A DNA stretch of 64,000 nucleotides, taken from assembly GCA_965197745.1 (NCBI GenBank), contig CBDANS010000007.1, positions 1,024,001 through 1,088,000 of the forward strand, written 5' to 3'. Source of the stretch: Opitutales bacterium. Its GTDB lineage: Bacteria; Verrucomicrobiota; Verrucomicrobiia; Opitutales; PNEW01. Positions 62,071-64,000 of the stretch are shown in pieces; positions within the stretch are counted from its first letter, which is position 1, and each line of letters starts with the position of its first letter. The translations under genes were made by a program, and so were the position numbers. The notes beneath the pieces were generated by a model that was not told the DNA's origin, made no database searches, and saw only the letters and a list, made by a program, of their open reading frames with translations.

Positions 62071-62841
62071 TTAATTTTGGCTAGCATTGTATATTAGCCC
62101 CACTTTTGGTTCCGGTGAGCCCTCTTTCAGTTTTTCGGTAATAAACTCGATAACTTTATCGCGGGAACTTTTTTCTCTCAAAGAGACACGAGGGACGGCA
62201 AATAAACGATTAGTTTTAACTGTCCAGTGCCAATACAGTGCCATATTCGAAAAGCAGCTCTCAAGAGCTGCTTGCGAATGGTCTTTGTGGGGTAGTGCAG
62301 GGGCTGTTTCTATCCCAGGGGGTATTTCATTTTCGTTGGGATATAATTCTGAAGGGACGATCTCATGGACATCCGTATAATCCGCCCATTTCGCCTTGAA
62401 TGCATTCTGGAATCCCCGGGGAGTATTGGGCCAGGTTGAATCAAGTTTTAATGGGGCACGATCTTTTCTCTTATCCTCTTCGTATGCTTCTAAAAACTCA
62501 ACCTGGTCCTCTCCTATCCTCAGACCCAATCTTTGAGGCTGTCCTCTTTTGGGCCCAAGCCCACGTGGGATTATTACTGGTTCATGCATCCAGTTCCAGG
62601 CCACTCCCGCAAAATAATTATTTTCTTCTTTAACGGACAGGAATTTTTCCCTTCTTCCCTCTATGTCCTGAAAACTATTAAGCTCCTCTGACTTTTCTTT
62701 AAACGCTTTATTGCGTCGAAGCAATTCCCATACCTTTGCCGGTATGCCATGATTACAGGGATTGCAGTCTGATAAGTTCATGCGCACTATTGCTTCTTCT
62801 AGTGGTATTAAATTTAACAAACGTTTGGACTCATCCTCCAA
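62071..62841 (-). CDS. WELLRRN (DUF6499-like) protein, second copy, probably 3'-truncated
   Basis: Colinear with about 39560-40246; similarity stops at EPKV. Confidence 0.7.
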   Translation of the reverse strand: MEDESKRLLNLIPLEEAIVRMNLSDCNPCNHGIPAKVWELLRRNKAFKEKSEELNSFQDIEGRREKFLSVKEENNYFAGVAWNWMHEPVIIPRGLGPKRGQPQRLGLRIGEDQVEFLEAYEEDKRKDRAPLKLDSTWPNTPRGFQNAFKAKWADYTDVHEIVPSELYPNENEIPPGIETAPALPHKDHSQAALESCFSNMALYWHWTVKTNRLFAVPRVSLREKSSRDKVIEFITEKLKEGSPEPKVGLIYNASQN

Positions 62842-63482
62842 TACTTAAAGTAGGCACTTTAGCCAGCGCTTCAATTGCTGGAGATGATTCCTGTTTATCT
62901 GCAATAATGTTAGCCCATACAACTTAGCGATCGCAAGGTGCAATTTGAGATAACCCTGTATCGTTCTCCCCGCCATGTTAGAAATGCGACAGGAAACACG
63001 CTGGCTATTGTATCTCCCGTGACTCTCCCATTTCCTGCACCGACAGATCCTCTGGGGTGTTTCTATCCCTGTCCCTTAGCTGTCATGAGCGCTGTCCCGT
63101 GCGTGAGTTTTCCTGCCCCTGAAGCTTCGCCCTTCTGCCCGAACTTATGCACTGGCGCAACCTTATGGCTGAAATACCGCTCGCCCTTATCCAACACTAC
63201 GAGGCACTCGACAGGCTGTTTGCCATCGCGGGAACGTTTTGCTCTCTCTTTCACGACGAAAGACTATGACACAAAATCGGCACGGTGCAAACGCAATATT
63301 TTTCAAACTGACCCACTAACGGTAACCGTTAATCTGGCCACCCCCCTCGCTGCTGAGGCTGAAGATGTCACCCAAAGTAATCATGAAAAAAGGCACAGAT
63401 AGCGGTTGAAGGTTTGGAATCGAGTTGTTTTACAGCTAAATTCGCTGCTTAAGGGTATCATGAACCCCGATGGCAATACCCA

Positions 63483-64000
63483 TCAATCTAATGGGTTAAA
63501 TGCGACAACCGATTGCTCTGCATTTGCCGGGAGGATTGAGAAATATTTTCCCCCCTCTGATTTACGCGCAAGACTCCGGTAATGATCAAAGAGCACCTGG
63601 TCGCTTGATTTATGCCCGAGCATGGCTGCCGTTTTACTCGCATCGCTGGACAGGGCATAATAGTAACTGCCGAAACTGTGACGCATCGCATTGCTGTAGT
63701 TTTCTTTCCACTTGGGAAAGCCCGCTTCTCTGGTAAGTTCTGCAAAGCTTTTGAATAAATTGGTTGGTGCAATACGCCCTGTCTTTTTAAAGCATAACTG
63801 TAACCAAGCTACACAATTGTCCATAAGATCAACAACCCTTAATTGGCGCTTTTTAGCTATCTGCGGTCCAACCGTCAGTAACTTGCGCTCCAAGTCGATC
63901 GCAGACCAGTCAAGCCTGGATATTTCAGTGCTCCTTAACCCTGCGAACAGTCCTAATGCCACCAATGGGAGCAGCCCTATATCTTCATCTGTCTTTGCCG
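63483..64000 (-). CDS. Tyrosine integrase, second copy (5' part outside window)
   Basis: GLRSTE, NAMRHSFGSY, LGH, FDHY; close paralog of 41041-42327. Confidence 0.92.
   Translation of the reverse strand, partial: AKTDEDIGLLPLVALGLFAGLRSTEISRLDWSAIDLERKLLTVGPQIAKKRQLRVVDLMDNCVAWLQLCFKKTGRIAPTNLFKSFAELTREAGFPKWKENYSNAMRHSFGSYYYALSSDASKTAAMLGHKSSDQVLFDHYRSLARKSEGGKYFSILPANAEQSVVAFNPLD

Overview
Bacterial chromosome segment, most consistent with Verrucomicrobiota/Opitutales (inferred from protein styles, not proven). 1-25 kb is a housekeeping backbone: SDR, FG-GAP protein, phytoene-desaturase-like oxidoreductase, lysS, lolE/lolD-like, Gfo/Idh/MocA-lpxB, hemH-ccsA-hemA, a disrupted S8 protease and a GH-like secreted protein. 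Its intergenic spaces are packed with nested REP/RPE-like palindromes and one IS1595-family element carrying a passenger gene. 25-64 kb is an accessory region: four decayed IS3-family copies, a Fic gene beside a tmRNA/tRNA-3'-like att relic, a dif-like site in about 2 kb of gene-free repeats, and two direct copies of a small tyrosine-integrase element. These two copies bracket a GC-richer cargo (partner-switching/histidine kinase module with amtB, TonB receptor pseudogene, MpaB/Lcp-like oxygenase, MMPL, LolA-like, beta-barrel). The most striking observation is a family of 32-43 nt inserts built from GC-GAA-GC-type mini-hairpins. They sit at the same three conserved codons of the IS3 transposase core in divergent IS copies, and one insert is identical in all four. 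Related ~40 nt elements insert site-specifically (G^TC) into intergenic palindromes. Together these suggest an undescribed site-specific micro-insertion system that disables or regulates transposases.
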